Source: Mobula hypostoma
Lineage: Eukaryota
Reading direction: 5' to 3'
NCBI RefSeq assembly: GCF_963921235.1
Contig: NC_086097.1
Coordinates: 148,678,001 to 148,742,000 of the forward strand
DNA length: 64,000 nucleotides
Position numbers and translations under genes: made by a program. Shown here one piece after another: positions 40,063-51,355 of the stretch (the stretch's first letter is position 1; each line of letters begins with the position of its first letter). Below the pieces are notes generated by a model that was not told where the DNA came from, did no database searches, and saw only the letters and a program-made list of their open reading frames with translations.

Positions 40063-42337
40063 TCAAGGAGTCGGCAGTCAATGAGTATGCCTCAGCTGTC
40101 ACGGACTTTATCTGGAAATGCACAGAGGACTGTGTGTCTCGCAAGATGATCCGGGTATTCCCTAACCAGAAACTTTGGATGAATTATGAGGTCAAGTCCC
40201 TTTTGAAGGCTAGAGCTGAGGCTTTTAGGTCCAGGGATACCAGTCGCTACACGGAATCCAAGCGTGAACTCCGGAAAGCCATTAAGGGCGCCAAGAGGCA
40301 ATATCGAGCCAAGTTGGAAGCCCAGGCTAACTAGAGGGATGCCGGTAGACTATGGCAGGGTCTAAGTGAGATCACTGGGCGCAAAGAAAAGGCTGGGAAT
40401 ATCAATAACGGTGGCACTTCTCTTCCTGACGAACTTAACGTATTCTATGCAAGATTCGAACAGAAGAGGAGCGTCCCACTCCCTCCGAATGAACCAGACC
40501 TGGTGGCATTGAGATTCATTGTCACCGAGGAGGACATTAGAAGGGCCTTCCTGAAGATAAATCCAAGAAAGGTGATGGGCCCAGCTGGCGTCCCAGGATG
40601 GGTGCTCCGGGCCTGTGCAAGCGAGCTAGCTGGAGTGTTTGCTGACATCTTCAACTGCTCCTTGCTTCAGTCTAAGACCCCTCCTGTTTTAAGAAGGCAA
40701 CGATAATCCCGGTGCTGAAGAAGAGCAAGGTGGCATGCCTGAATGACTATCGACCTGTGGCTCTGACATCAATTGCTATGAAGTGCTTCAAGCAATTGGT
40801 TATGGCACACATCAACCACAGCCTACCGGTCAACCTCGACGCTTTGCAATTCGCCTACCAGAGCAACAGGTCAACGGCAGATGCCATCTCTCTGGCCCTA
40901 CATTCCTCCTTGAAACACCTGGAGAATAAAGACGCATATGTAAGGCTCCTTTTCATTGACTACAGCTCTGCCTTCAATACCATCATTCCAAATAAACCGA
41001 TTCTTAAGCTCCAGAACCTGGGCATTAGCACTCAGATCTACAGCTGGATCTTCAACTTCCTTACAGACAGGACCCAGGCTGTAAAAATAGGGGACAAGCT
41101 CTCCTCTACAATCATTCTGAGCACCAGTGCCCCACAAGGCTGTGTACTCAGCCCCCTGCTGTACTCACTGTACACCTATGATTGTGTAGCCAAGTTTCCA
41201 TCAAACTCAATATACAAGTTTGCTGATGACACCACAATTGTAGGCTGTATCTCGGGTAATGATGAGTTTGAGTACAGAGATGAAATTAAGAACCTGGTGG
41301 CATGGTGCAAAGACAATAACCTATCCCTCAATGTCAGCAAGACAAAGGAATTGGTTGTTGACTTCAGAAGGAGTAGCGGACTGCACAACCCCATTTACAT
41401 CGCTGGTGCGCAAGTGGAACAGGTCAAAAGCTTTAAGTTCCTCAGGGTCAATATCACAAATGACCTGACTTGGTCCAAGCAAGCAGAGTCCACTGTCAAG
41501 AAGGCCCACCAGCGCCTTTACTTCCTGAGAAAGCTAAAGAAATTTGGCTTGTCCCCTAAAACCCTCATTAATTTTTATAGATGCACTGTAGAAAGCATTC
41601 TTCTAGGGTGTATCACAACCTGGTATGGAAGTTGTCCTGTCCAAGATCGGAAGAAGCTGCAGAAGATTATGAACACAGCCCAGAACATCACACAAACCAA
41701 TCTTCTGTCCTTGGAGCAACACACATCAAAGTTGCTGGTGAACGCTGCAGGCCAGGCAGCAACTCTAGGAAGAGGTACAGTCGATGTTTCAGGCCGAGAC
41801 CCTTCGAGACTGATGAAGGGTCTCGGACTGAAACGTCGACTGTACCTCTTCCTAGAGATGCTGCCTGGCCTGCAGCGTTCACCAGCAACTTTGATGTGTG
41901 TTGCTTGAATTTCCAGCATCTACAGAATTCCTGTTGTTTCCGTCCTTGGACTCACTTTACACCGCACGCGGTCGGAGCAGTGCTACCAGGATAATCAAGG
42001 ACACGACCCACCCAGCCAACACACTTTTCGTTCCTCTTCCCTCCAGGAGAAGGCTCAGGAGCTTGAAGACTCATACGGCCAGATTTGGGAACAGCTTCTT
42101 TCCAACTGTGATAAGACTGCTGAACAGATCCTGACCCAGATCTGGGCCGTACCTTCCAAATATCCGGGCCTGCCTCTCGGTTTTTTTGCACTACCTTACT
42201 TTCCCTTTTCTATTTTCTATTTATGATTTATAATTTAAATTTTTAATATTTACTATCGATTTGTACTCCAGGGAGCGCGAAGCGCAGAATCAAATATCGC
42301 TGTGATGATTGTTTGATGACAATAAAGTAAAGTAAAG
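40063..42337 (+). mobile_element. Rex1/Babar LINE, 5'-truncated, well-preserved RT, interrupted at 41716-41939
   Basis: [64 protein letters not shown]; aataaagtaaagtaaag tail. Confidence 0.93.
41716..41939. mobile_element. Young PLE-end fold-back mini-element (90-bp inverted arms) inserted in the Rex1 RT
   Basis: Arms 41716-41805 and 41815-41904; ~34-nt extension on the right; TSD TTC(T/C)GTCCTTGGA at 41703-41715 and 41938-41950. Confidence 0.92.
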
Positions 42338-42986
42338 GTTTTGGAATAAGTGGTTGTTTAAATTGAGCAACATATAAAATGCAGGAGGAACACAGCAGGT
42401 CAGGCAGCATCTACAGAAATGAGTAAGTCGATGTTTCAGGCCAAGGCTGTTCATTGAGACTGGAAAGGAAGGGGGAAGATGTCAGAATAAGAGGGGAGGG
42501 GGAGGAGGACAAACTAGAAGGTGATAGGTGAAGCCAGGTGGGCGGGAGAGGGGGAATGAAGTAAGAAGCTGAAAGGTGGTAGGTGGAAAAAGTAAAGGGC
42601 TGGAGAAAAAGAAATCTGATAGGAGAAGAGAGTGGACCAAGGGAGAAAGAGAAGGAGGCAGGGCATCAGGAGGAACTGATAGGCAGGTGAGGAGAAGAAG
42701 AAAAAGGCCAGAGTGGGGAATTGAAGAAGAGGGATGGGGGAGGGAGAACAAATTACCAGAAGTTGGAGAAATCGATGTATGTCATTAGGCTGGAGGCTAC
42801 CTAGATGGAATATGAGATGTTGCTTCTCCAACCTCAGAGTGGCCTTGTCATGTCAGAAAAAGAGGCCATGCACTGACACGTCAGAATGGGAACAACAGGA
42901 ATTCTGCAGATGCTGGAAATTCAAGCAACACACATCAAAGTTGCTGGTGAACGCAACAGGCCAAGCAGCATCTATAGGAAGAGGCG

Positions 42987-43024
42987 CAGTCGACGTTTCA
43001 GGCCGAGACCCTTCGTCAGGACTA
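42987..43024 (-). ncRNA. Minimal type I hammerhead ribozyme
   Basis: Same sequence as 4403-4440. Confidence 0.85.
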
Positions 43025-43748
43025 ACTGAAGGAAGAGTGAGTAAGGGATTTGAAAGCTGGAGGGGGAGGGGAAGATGCAAAATGATAGGAGAAGACAGGA
43101 GGGGGAGGGATAGAGCCGAGAGCTGGACAGGTGATAGGCAAAAGGGGATACGAGAGGATCATGGGACAGGAGGTCCGGGAAGAAAGACGGGGGGGGGGGG
43201 TGACCCAGAGGATGGGCAGACTGGGAGACCGCTTTGCTGAACATCTACGCTCTGTCCGCCAGAGAAAGCAGGATCTCCCAGTGGCCACACATTTTAATTC
43301 CACATCCCATTCCCATTCTGACATGTCTATCCACGGCCTCCTCTACTGTAAAGATGAAGCCACACTCAGGTTGGAGGAACAACACCTTATATTCCGTCTG
43401 GGTAGCCTCCAACCTGATGGCATGAACATTGACTTCTCTAACTTCCGCTAGGCCCCACCTCCCCCTCGTACCCCATCTGTTACTCATTTTTATGCACACA
43501 TTCTTTCTCTCACTCTCCTTTTTCTCCCTCTGTCCCTCTGAATATACCTCTTGCCCATCCTCTGGGTCACCCTCCCCCCGCCCCGTCTTTCTTCCCGGAC
43601 CTCCTGTCCCATGATCCTCTCGTATCCCCTTTTGCCTATCACCTGTCCAGCTCTCGGCTCTATCCCTCCCCCTCCTGTCTTCTCCTATCATTTTGCATCT
43701 CCCCCTCCCCCTCCAGCTTTCAAATCCCTTACTCACTCTTCCTTCAGT

Positions 43749-43786
43749 TAGTCCTGACGAAGGGTCTCGGCCTGAAACGTCGACTG
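43749..43786 (+). ncRNA. Minimal type I hammerhead ribozyme
   Basis: TAGTCCTGACGAAGGGTCTCGGCCTGAAACGTCGACTG. Confidence 0.85.
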
Positions 43787-44711
43787 CGCCTCTTCCTATA
43801 GATGCTGCCTGGCCTGCTGCGTTCACCAGCAACTTTGATGTGTGTTGTCAGAATGGGAGCAGGATTAGGAATTAGAATGATTGGCCACTGGGAAATCCTG
43901 CTTTTGTAGATGGAGTGGAGACGCTTGTTTAGTGGGAGGTTTACACAGGTTTAATTTTTTGTTGCAACCACATATAATATGAAATAAAACAATGAAGAAT
44001 TTGTACATCAATAAACAAGGTCTCAAAAATCCTTGTTTTAATTACATAATAACTGATAGTTAATGTGTTACCTTGTTTTGTTCTATCAAGATACAGATCT
44101 ATTATCGAGGGGAATACTTATCTGAGCTCACCATGGATCTACACTGAGGCAAAATTTCGGTTGTGGGGTAATTTATTCAATTTTATTGACTGACCTGCTG
44201 GTGATGGACCACATGTGAAAGAAGTCAGAGAGACAGCCATTTGATTCCTGAAGATAGAAGTGACATCAATTATCGGAAAAATCCATGTTCACAGTCAATT
44301 GTAATAATGTGCAGAAGGAAAGATATAGAACATCAAGGTAATGTATTAACTGATTTATATAAGTATTAGTTTATATCAATGCTAGGCTTACCAAAAGTAA
44401 ATAATAGTAACCCCTTTATAGCCATGGGCAAAACAAGTTTGCATTTATCACTCACAATGAACGATTATACTGTAAGTAAGGTGAACTTTGATTTTGACTG
44501 TCACTCTCTATTTGAGGTATGCTGAGGAACTAAAGACCTTAATAATGTAGATCTGCAATTGCACCCTTGCTACTAAAAGACACATTAGGACATGTTTGAT
44601 AATTATTATATCGTTCAGTTGGAGAGGTCTTATTATTATTTCAGCACTCAGATATGATTTGATATTGCACACAGAACATAAGGCTATAATTGTATTTATG
44701 TATGAATGTAA

Positions 44712-45012
44712 TTATTTATTTATTGATTGATTAATTGATTGAGATACAGCACGGAGTAGGCCTTCTGGTCCTTTGAGCCATGCCGTCAAGCAATCCCCCA
44801 ATTTAATGCTAGCCTAATCACGGGACAATTTACAATGACTAATTAATCTATCAACCGTTAAGTCTTTGGACTGTGGGATGAAACCGGAGCACCAAGAGAA
44901 AAGCCATGCGGTCAGGGGAAAATGTACAAACTTCTTACAGACAGCAGCGGGAATTGAACCGGGGTCACCTGTGCTGTAAAGCATTGTGCTAGCCACTACG
45001 CTGCTGTGCTGT
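44712..45012 (-). mobile_element. tRNA-derived V-SINE (HE1-like)
   Basis: A-box-like TAGTGGCTAGCAC and B-box GGTTCAATTCC on the minus strand; V-domain; (CAAT/AAAT)n tail. Confidence 0.85.
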
Positions 45013-45386
45013 TTTTATCAAGATAAAAGAAACAGATGGAATTGTCTTGCAGTTACTGTAATTCAGTAAAGATTAACAAAGGAAAAATCAGAAACAGTTT
45101 CCCTTAAAATGCAAGTGTTTCTAAGATTTAAGGTAGGTAACTTTTAGCAGTGTGCCTTTAATATGGGAAACATTCTAGGGGTGCTTCATAGTTATAATCA
45201 ATTAAAGCAGGGTGGAGTATATGCCCTGTATATCTCAATGGTGCTGAGGTGGAGCTGATTGAGAGCTTTAAGTTCTGAGGTGTGAATATCACCAACAGTT
45301 GTCCTGGTCCAACAACGCAGATATTATAGCCATGAAAGCACACAAGCACCTCTTCTTTCTCAGAATGCTCAGGAAAATTTGTATGT

Positions 45387-45671
45387 TGTAGCGGTGTGCT
45401 ACACACAGCACTAGAATAACCACACGGAGTTGGTGAGTTGGAGTTGCGATGAAAGAGATTTATTCAAACTTCGCAGCCTGCTTTAAAGCCTTCCTGTTCC
45501 CGCCCTCCCTGGACGGAACTACTGTGAGGAATGCATATTCCCAGACCCCTTCCGTGCGCGGGATTTTCCCCCTGCTGGTGAAGATGGCCTGGCGCCCTTT
45601 TTGGGGCCGGCCCTCTGCCTGCGCGCGCCGTTGTGAGCCGGTTCGTGGGTGCCAGAAAGTGGGTCGCCACA
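45387..45671 (-). repeat. Gypsy 3' LTR
   Basis: Minus strand TGTGGCG...CGCTACA; AATAAA near 45459-45464; preceded on the minus strand by PPT GGGGGGGGTTTA (45672-45683). Confidence 0.95.
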
Positions 45672-48600
45672 TAAACCCCCCCCAGAACCGGCGATACCTC
45701 CCCCCAATGTCCACAGTCTGGATCGGCCTCGGTTTGGGAGGTCTGCCCCTGCGCCGCGGTGCCTGAGCCTGGACCGGCTGCGCCAAGTCCACATGGGCCA
45801 GTTTGAGTCGGTCCACCGTGAAAACCTCCTCTCTCCCCCCAATGTCCAGCACGAACGTGGACCCATTGTTCCTGATCACCTTGAACGGCCCCTCGTAGGG
45901 CCGCTGTAGCGGTGCCTGGTGTCCGCCCCGTCGTACAAAAAGAAACTTACAGTTCTGCAGGTCTTTGGGTACGCAGGTCGGGCTCTGTCCGTGCTGTGAA
46001 GTGGGTATGGGGGCCAGGTTACCGAGCCTCTCCCGTAGTCTGTCCAGGACTGCTGTGGGTTCTTCCTCTTGCCCCCTTGGGGCTGGTATGAACTCTCCTG
46101 GGACGACCAGGGGTGCGCCATACACCAACTCGGCCGACGAGGTGTGCAGATCCTCTTTGGGCGCCGTGCGGATTCCGAGCAGGACCCAGGGAAGCTCGTC
46201 CACCCAGTTAGGCCCCTCCAGGCGGGCCATGAGAGCCGACTTCAGGTGAGGGTGGAAACGCTCTACTAGTCCGTTCGACTGTGGGTGGTAGGCAGTTGTG
46301 TAGTGTAGCTGCGATCCTAAAAGGCTGGCCATAGCCGACCACAGGCTGGAGGTGAACTAGGCGCCCCTGTCGGAGGTAATGTGGGCCGGTACCCCAAAGC
46401 GTGCTACCCAGGTTGCGATCAGTGCTCGGGCACAGGATTCAGAGGTGGTGTCGGTGAGCGGGACTGCCTCTGGCCATCTGGTGAACCGGTCTATCATAGT
46501 TAGGAGGTACCGCGCTCCTCGTGACACTGGCAGGGGCCCCACGATATCCACATGAATGTGGTCGAACCTCCGGCGGGTGGGTTCGAACTGCTGCGGCGGA
46601 GCCTTGGTGTGCCGCTGCACCTTGGCCGTTTGGCACTGCATACACGTTTTGGCCCATTCACTGACCTGTTTACGAAGTCCATGCCACACGAACCTGTTGG
46701 CGACCAGCCGGACGGTTGTCCTGATGGAGGGGTGTGCTAAGTTATGAATGGACTCGAAAACCCGCCGGCGCCAGGCTGCTGGGACAACGGGGCGGGGTTG
46801 GCCGGTAGCTACGTCACATAGTAGGGTCCTCTCACCTGGGCCTACGGGGAGGTCTTGGAGCTGCAAACCGGAGACTGCAGTCCTATAACTGTGGATCTCA
46901 GCGTCTGCCTGCTGTGCCTCTGCCAGCGCTGCATAGTCCACCCCCTGGGACAGGGCCTGTATGGTAGGTCTGGAAAGTGCGTCCGCCACGACGTTGTTCT
47001 TTCCAGAGACATGCAGGATGTCTGTCGTGTACTCGCAGATGTAGGACAGATGTCGTTGGTGGTGGGACGACCAGGGGTCGGACACCTTACTGAACGCGAA
47101 GGTAAGTGGTTTGTGGTCTGTGAACGCGGTGAAGGGCCTACCTTCTAAGAAGTACCTGAAATGCCAGATTGCCAGGTATAGTGCCAATAGCTCCCGGTCG
47201 AAAGCACTGTATTTGAGTTCGGGTGGTCGTAGGTGTTTGCTGAAGAACGCCAGGGGTTGCCAGCGACCCTCGATGAGTTGTTCCAGCACTCCACCAACTG
47301 CTGTGTTGGATGCGTCCACCGTGAGGGCAGTAGGAACGTCCGTTCTGGGGTGCACTAGCATCGTGGCATTTGCCAAGGCTTCTTTGGTTTTAACGAAAGC
47401 GGCTGCAGCCTCTTCGTCCCAGGTAATGTCCTTGCCCTGACCCGACATTAGAGTGGACAGGGGGCGCATGGTTCGGGCTGCTGAGAAGAGGAAATGGTGG
47501 TAGAAATTCACCATACCCACGAATCCCTGCAGGCCTTTGATTGTGTTGGGTCGGGGGAAGTTGCGGACCGCGTCTACCTTGGCGGGCAGTGGGGTTGCCC
47601 CACCTTTAGTAATCCTGTGGCCCAGGAAGTCGATGGTATCGAGTCCGAACTGGCATTTGGCTGGGTTGATTGTAAGGCCGAATTTGCTCAGGTGGGAGTA
47701 GAGCTGGCGGAGGTGGGACAGATGCTCCTGCCGACTACTGCTGGCTATGAGGATGTCGTCCAAATAGATGAATGCAAAGTCCAGGTCGTGTCCCACCGCG
47801 TCCATTAGCCACTGGAAAGTCTGTGCGGCATTCTTTAGACCAAACGGCATTCGGAGGAATTTGAGAAGTCCGAACGGGGTGATGAGTGCTGTTTTGGGGA
47901 TGTCGTCCGGATGTATCCCCGGATGAGGTCTACCTTGGAAAAGATCCTTGCGCCGTGTAGGTTTGCTGCAAAGTCTTGAATGTGCGGCACAGGGTAGCGG
48001 TCTGGCGTTGTGGCCTCGTTCAGTCTGCGGTAGTCACCGCATGGTCTCTAGCCCCCCGTTGTCTTGGGCACCATGTGCAGGGGGGAGGCCCATGGACTGT
48101 CGTATGATCCCCAATTCCTCCATCTTCTTGAACTCCTCCTTTGCCAGTCGGAGCTTGTCCGGGGGAAGCCTTCGAGCACGGGCGTGGAAGTGTGGTCCCT
48201 GGGTCGGATGTGGTGCTGTACTCCGTGTCTGGGCATGGCTGCCGTGAACTGCGGCGTCAGTACTGATGGGAAATCTGCCAGGACCCTGATGAATTCATCG
48301 TTGGACAGCGTGATGGAGTCCAGGTGTGGGGCTGGCAACTTGGCTTCACCCAGGGAGAACGTTTGAAAAGTCTTGGCGTGGACTAGTCGCTTCCCTTGCA
48401 GGTCGACCAGCAGGCTGTGGGCTTGCAGAAAATCCGCCCCCAGGAGTGGTTGGGCCACGGCGGCCAGTGTGAAGTTCCACGTGAACCAACTGGAGCAGAA
48501 CTGTAGCCGCACAGTGTGGGTGCCGTAGGTTCGTATTGTGCTGCCATTTGCGGCCCTCAGGGTGGGTCCCGGTTCGCTGTTGCGGGTGTCGTAACTCATT

Positions 48601-48706
48601 GGAGGTAAAACACTGATCTCCACTCCGGTGTCGACCAAAAATCAGCGACCCGACTGCTTGCCCCAGATGTACAGGAGGCTGTCCTGATGGCCAGCCGCCG
48701 TAGCCA
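45672..48706 (-). pseudogene. pol: Gypsy pol (protease, RT, RNase H, integrase) with frameshifts, deletions and an in-frame stop at 46357
   Basis: [86 protein letters not shown]. Confidence 0.95.
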
Positions 48707-49381
48707 TCAGCGGCGGCTGGCCCTGGCATTTCCCGGGAATTTGCAGGGTGGTCTACAGCGGCGGGCCTCTGTGCCCCACCGCTGGTGGTAGAAGCACCAT
48801 TGTTCATTGGGCTCTGCTGCCAGGCCTGGTCTGGTCTGTCGTTGGGCACGCGGCTTGGTGATCTGTGCGACGGACGCCCCTCTCTCCTTCTTGGCATTCC
48901 ACAGCACATCTGCTCGGGCCGCCACCTCCCGGGGGTCGCTGAAATCTGCGTCAGACAGCAGCAGGCGTATGTCCTCGGGCAGTTGCTCTAGGAACGCCTG
49001 CTCAAACATGAGGCAGGGTTTGTGTCCTTCAGCCAGGGCCAGCATTTCGTTCATTAATGCTGACGGCGGCCTGTCTCCCAAACCATCCAGGTGCATTAAG
49101 CGGCGTGCTCATTCGCACTGTGAGAGTCCAAAAGTCCTTATGAGCAGGGCTTTGAATGCTGTGTATTTGCCGTCCTCCGGGGGCGACTGTATAAACTCCT
49201 CAACTTGTGCAGCAGTCTCTTGGTCGAGGGAGCTCAGCATGTAGTAGTAGCGAGTGGACTCCGAGGTTATCTGCCGAATGTGGAATTGTGCTTTTGCCTG
49301 TTCCAACCACAGACGGGATCTCAGCGGCCAAAAGCTTAGCAGTTGTAACGAAACTGCGTGAACAGATGCGGCGTCGGTCAT
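48707..49381 (-). pseudogene. gag: Gypsy gag, frameshifted
   Basis: AVSLQLLSFW...QAKAQFHIRQIT...YTAFKALLI; LGDRPPSALMNEM; CFYHQRWGTEARRCRPPC zinc motif. Confidence 0.85.
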
Positions 49382-49405
49382 CTCTGGCCCAAATATTGTT
49401 TGGGT

Positions 49406-49419
49406 CGTCGGGGTCACCA
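49406..49419 (-). other. Primer-binding site complementary to the 3' end of tRNA-Trp
   Basis: TGGTGACCCCGACG, 2 nt downstream of the 5' LTR. Confidence 0.88.
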
Positions 49420-49421
49420 AA

Positions 49422-49706
49422 TGTAGCAGTGTGCTACACACAGCGCTAGAATAACCACACAGAGTCGGTGAGTTGGAGTTGCAATGAAAGAGATTTATTC
49501 AAACTTCGCAGCCTGCTTTAAAGCCTTCCCATTCCCGCCCTCCCTGGGCGGGACTACTGTGGGGAATGCATATTCCCAGACCCTTTCCGCGCGCGGGATT
49601 ATCCCCCTGCTGGTGAAGATGGCCTGGCGCCCTTTTTGGGGCCAGCCCTCTACCTGCGCGCGCTGTTGTGAGCCGGTTCGTGTGTGCTAGAAAGTGGGTC
49701 GCCACA
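49422..49706 (-). repeat. Gypsy 5' LTR
   Basis: Direct repeat of 45387-45671 with about 18 substitutions counted by eye. Confidence 0.95.
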
Positions 49707-50399
49707 ATGTCCCCATTAATCCTCATCAATTTTTATAGATGCACCTCAGAAAGTGTCCACTCCAGAGGCATCACAGCTTGCTATGGCAGCTGCTCTGTCA
49801 AGACCACAGGAAATTGTAGAGTTATGAACACAGCCCTCTCTATGACAAAAACCAACCTCCCCTTCAGCATAATCAAACACCCCCTCCACAATGGTCATTC
49901 TCTCTTCTCCTCTTTTCCATTGGGCAGAAAATACAAAAGTGACAACATGTACCGTCAAAATTAGAGGCAACCTCCACCCTGTTGTCCTAAGACTCTTCAA
50001 TAGACCTCTTGTATGATAAAGGTGAACTTCTAATATATTAATCCATCCTATCGGGGCCATGCTTACCTGCCCTGCACTTTCTCTGAAACTTAAACTGTAA
50101 CACTCTCTTCTGCATTTTGTTATTGCTTTTCCCTTTGCATTACCATAATGTATGTTTAGAATGTTCTGTATGGATGGTGTGCAAAACAGTTTTTCACTGT
50201 ATCTTAGTACATAGTGTCTGATAGTAATAAAGCAGTGACAACAAGCCAGAGGTCACTAGGACAAGTGGTTTCCTAGACGTCATGTTCACACTTGTCCCCA
50301 AGCCAGACGTTCCAGATTTCAATAGGTCCAAGCAAATGTCAGAAGCCAGATTTCTGGTGGATCATCAAAAATGCCGATGCAAGAGCAGCTTTCTGTGTT

Positions 50400-51355
50400 G
50401 CATAGAAAAGAGAACAGTACCACAAAGGAAGAGGTACTTCGACCCACCACATCTGCACTGACCATGTTGCCTATCTAAACTAATCCCATCAGCCTCACAT
50501 GGGCTATAACTCTCTATTCGCTGCTCATTCGTGCGTTTATCTTAATGCTGCTTACATGTTGCTATCGCACCTGCTTCTACCACAATCCATGTATGTTCCA
50601 GGTACCTACCACTCATTGTATTTTTTAAAAATTGCTTCACAAATCTCCTTTAAACTTTCCCCCTCTCCCTTTAAACCTAAGCCTTCTAATATTTGATACT
50701 TCCACACTCTGTCTACGCTATTTGCACTTTTTATAACTTGAAGAACTTCTATCAAGTTTGTCCATTCTCTCCTGATAGTTAGCGCACTCCAATCCATTTA
50801 ACACCCTGGTGAACTTCTTCTGCAAGCTCTCCAAGGCCTGTACATCCTTTTTATAATGTGGTGACGAAAAATGCACACAAAATTACAAATGGAGCCTAAC
50901 TATATATTTACAGTATAGAGCTGCACTATCACTTGCCAACTTTTACATTCAATTCCCAACTGATAATGGAAAGTATACCTTCTTGAACACCAATCCCCTT
51001 GTGTTGCCACTTTAACAGAACTACAGAAGCGCACCACAAGATCACTCTGCACATCAATACTCCCAACGATTCTGCTGTTTACTATATACCTTCTTCTTGG
51101 CTTTAACCTTCAGAAACCTATCACTGGACTAAACTTATTCTGTTAGTTCTCTCTCCTAACTTCTAATTGATCTAATTCCTACTGTATCCTTTGAAAACTT
51201 TCCTTGTCATGCACAACTCTACCGATTTTCATGTCAACTGCAAACTTACTATCAGTCCACCTATATCTTATGCAAGTTATTAATATATATTACAAACAAC
51301 ACAGGTTCTAGCACTGATATTTTGGAACGCCACAGTTCACCAACCTCCAGTCAGA
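50400..51355 (-). mobile_element. Ancient CR1 3' fragment
   Basis: NLIEVLQVIK, decayed KFAVD, VPKYQC (VPQGSV-like); CR1 UTR. Confidence 0.7.

Larger units (their letters stand above)
42891..43847. mobile_element. Young PLE insertion made of two inverted parts (minus 42891-43218, plus 43216-43847 with GIY-YIG C-terminus)
   Basis: Near-identical to 4307-4975; TSD GTCAGAATGGGA at 42880-42891 and 43847-43858; GCA microhomology at the junction. Confidence 0.93.
42365..43925 (-). mobile_element. Older PLE 3' portion, split by a younger PLE insertion
   Basis: LEKQHLIFHLGSLQP; the host sequence resumes after 43847. Confidence 0.8.
45387..49706 (-). mobile_element. Full-length Ty3/Gypsy LTR retrotransposon (4320 bp), disabled
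   Basis: Two 285-bp LTRs with TG...CA ends, 4-bp TSD ATGT, PBS, PPT, and gag-PR-RT-RH-IN order. Confidence 0.97.
45205..50240 (+). mobile_element. Old Rex1/Babar fragment split by the Gypsy element
   Basis: LFFLRMLRKICM (to 45386) joins [15 protein letters not shown] (from 49711). Confidence 0.8.

Noticed and set aside
40712..41908. 398-aa ORF that looks like an RT with a novel C-terminus
   Set aside because: The last ~64 residues are read-through into the fold-back insertion; the true Rex1 C-terminus resumes after 41950
44940..45012. tRNA-like sequence with A and B boxes
   Set aside because: It is a SINE head fused to a V-domain, not a tRNA gene
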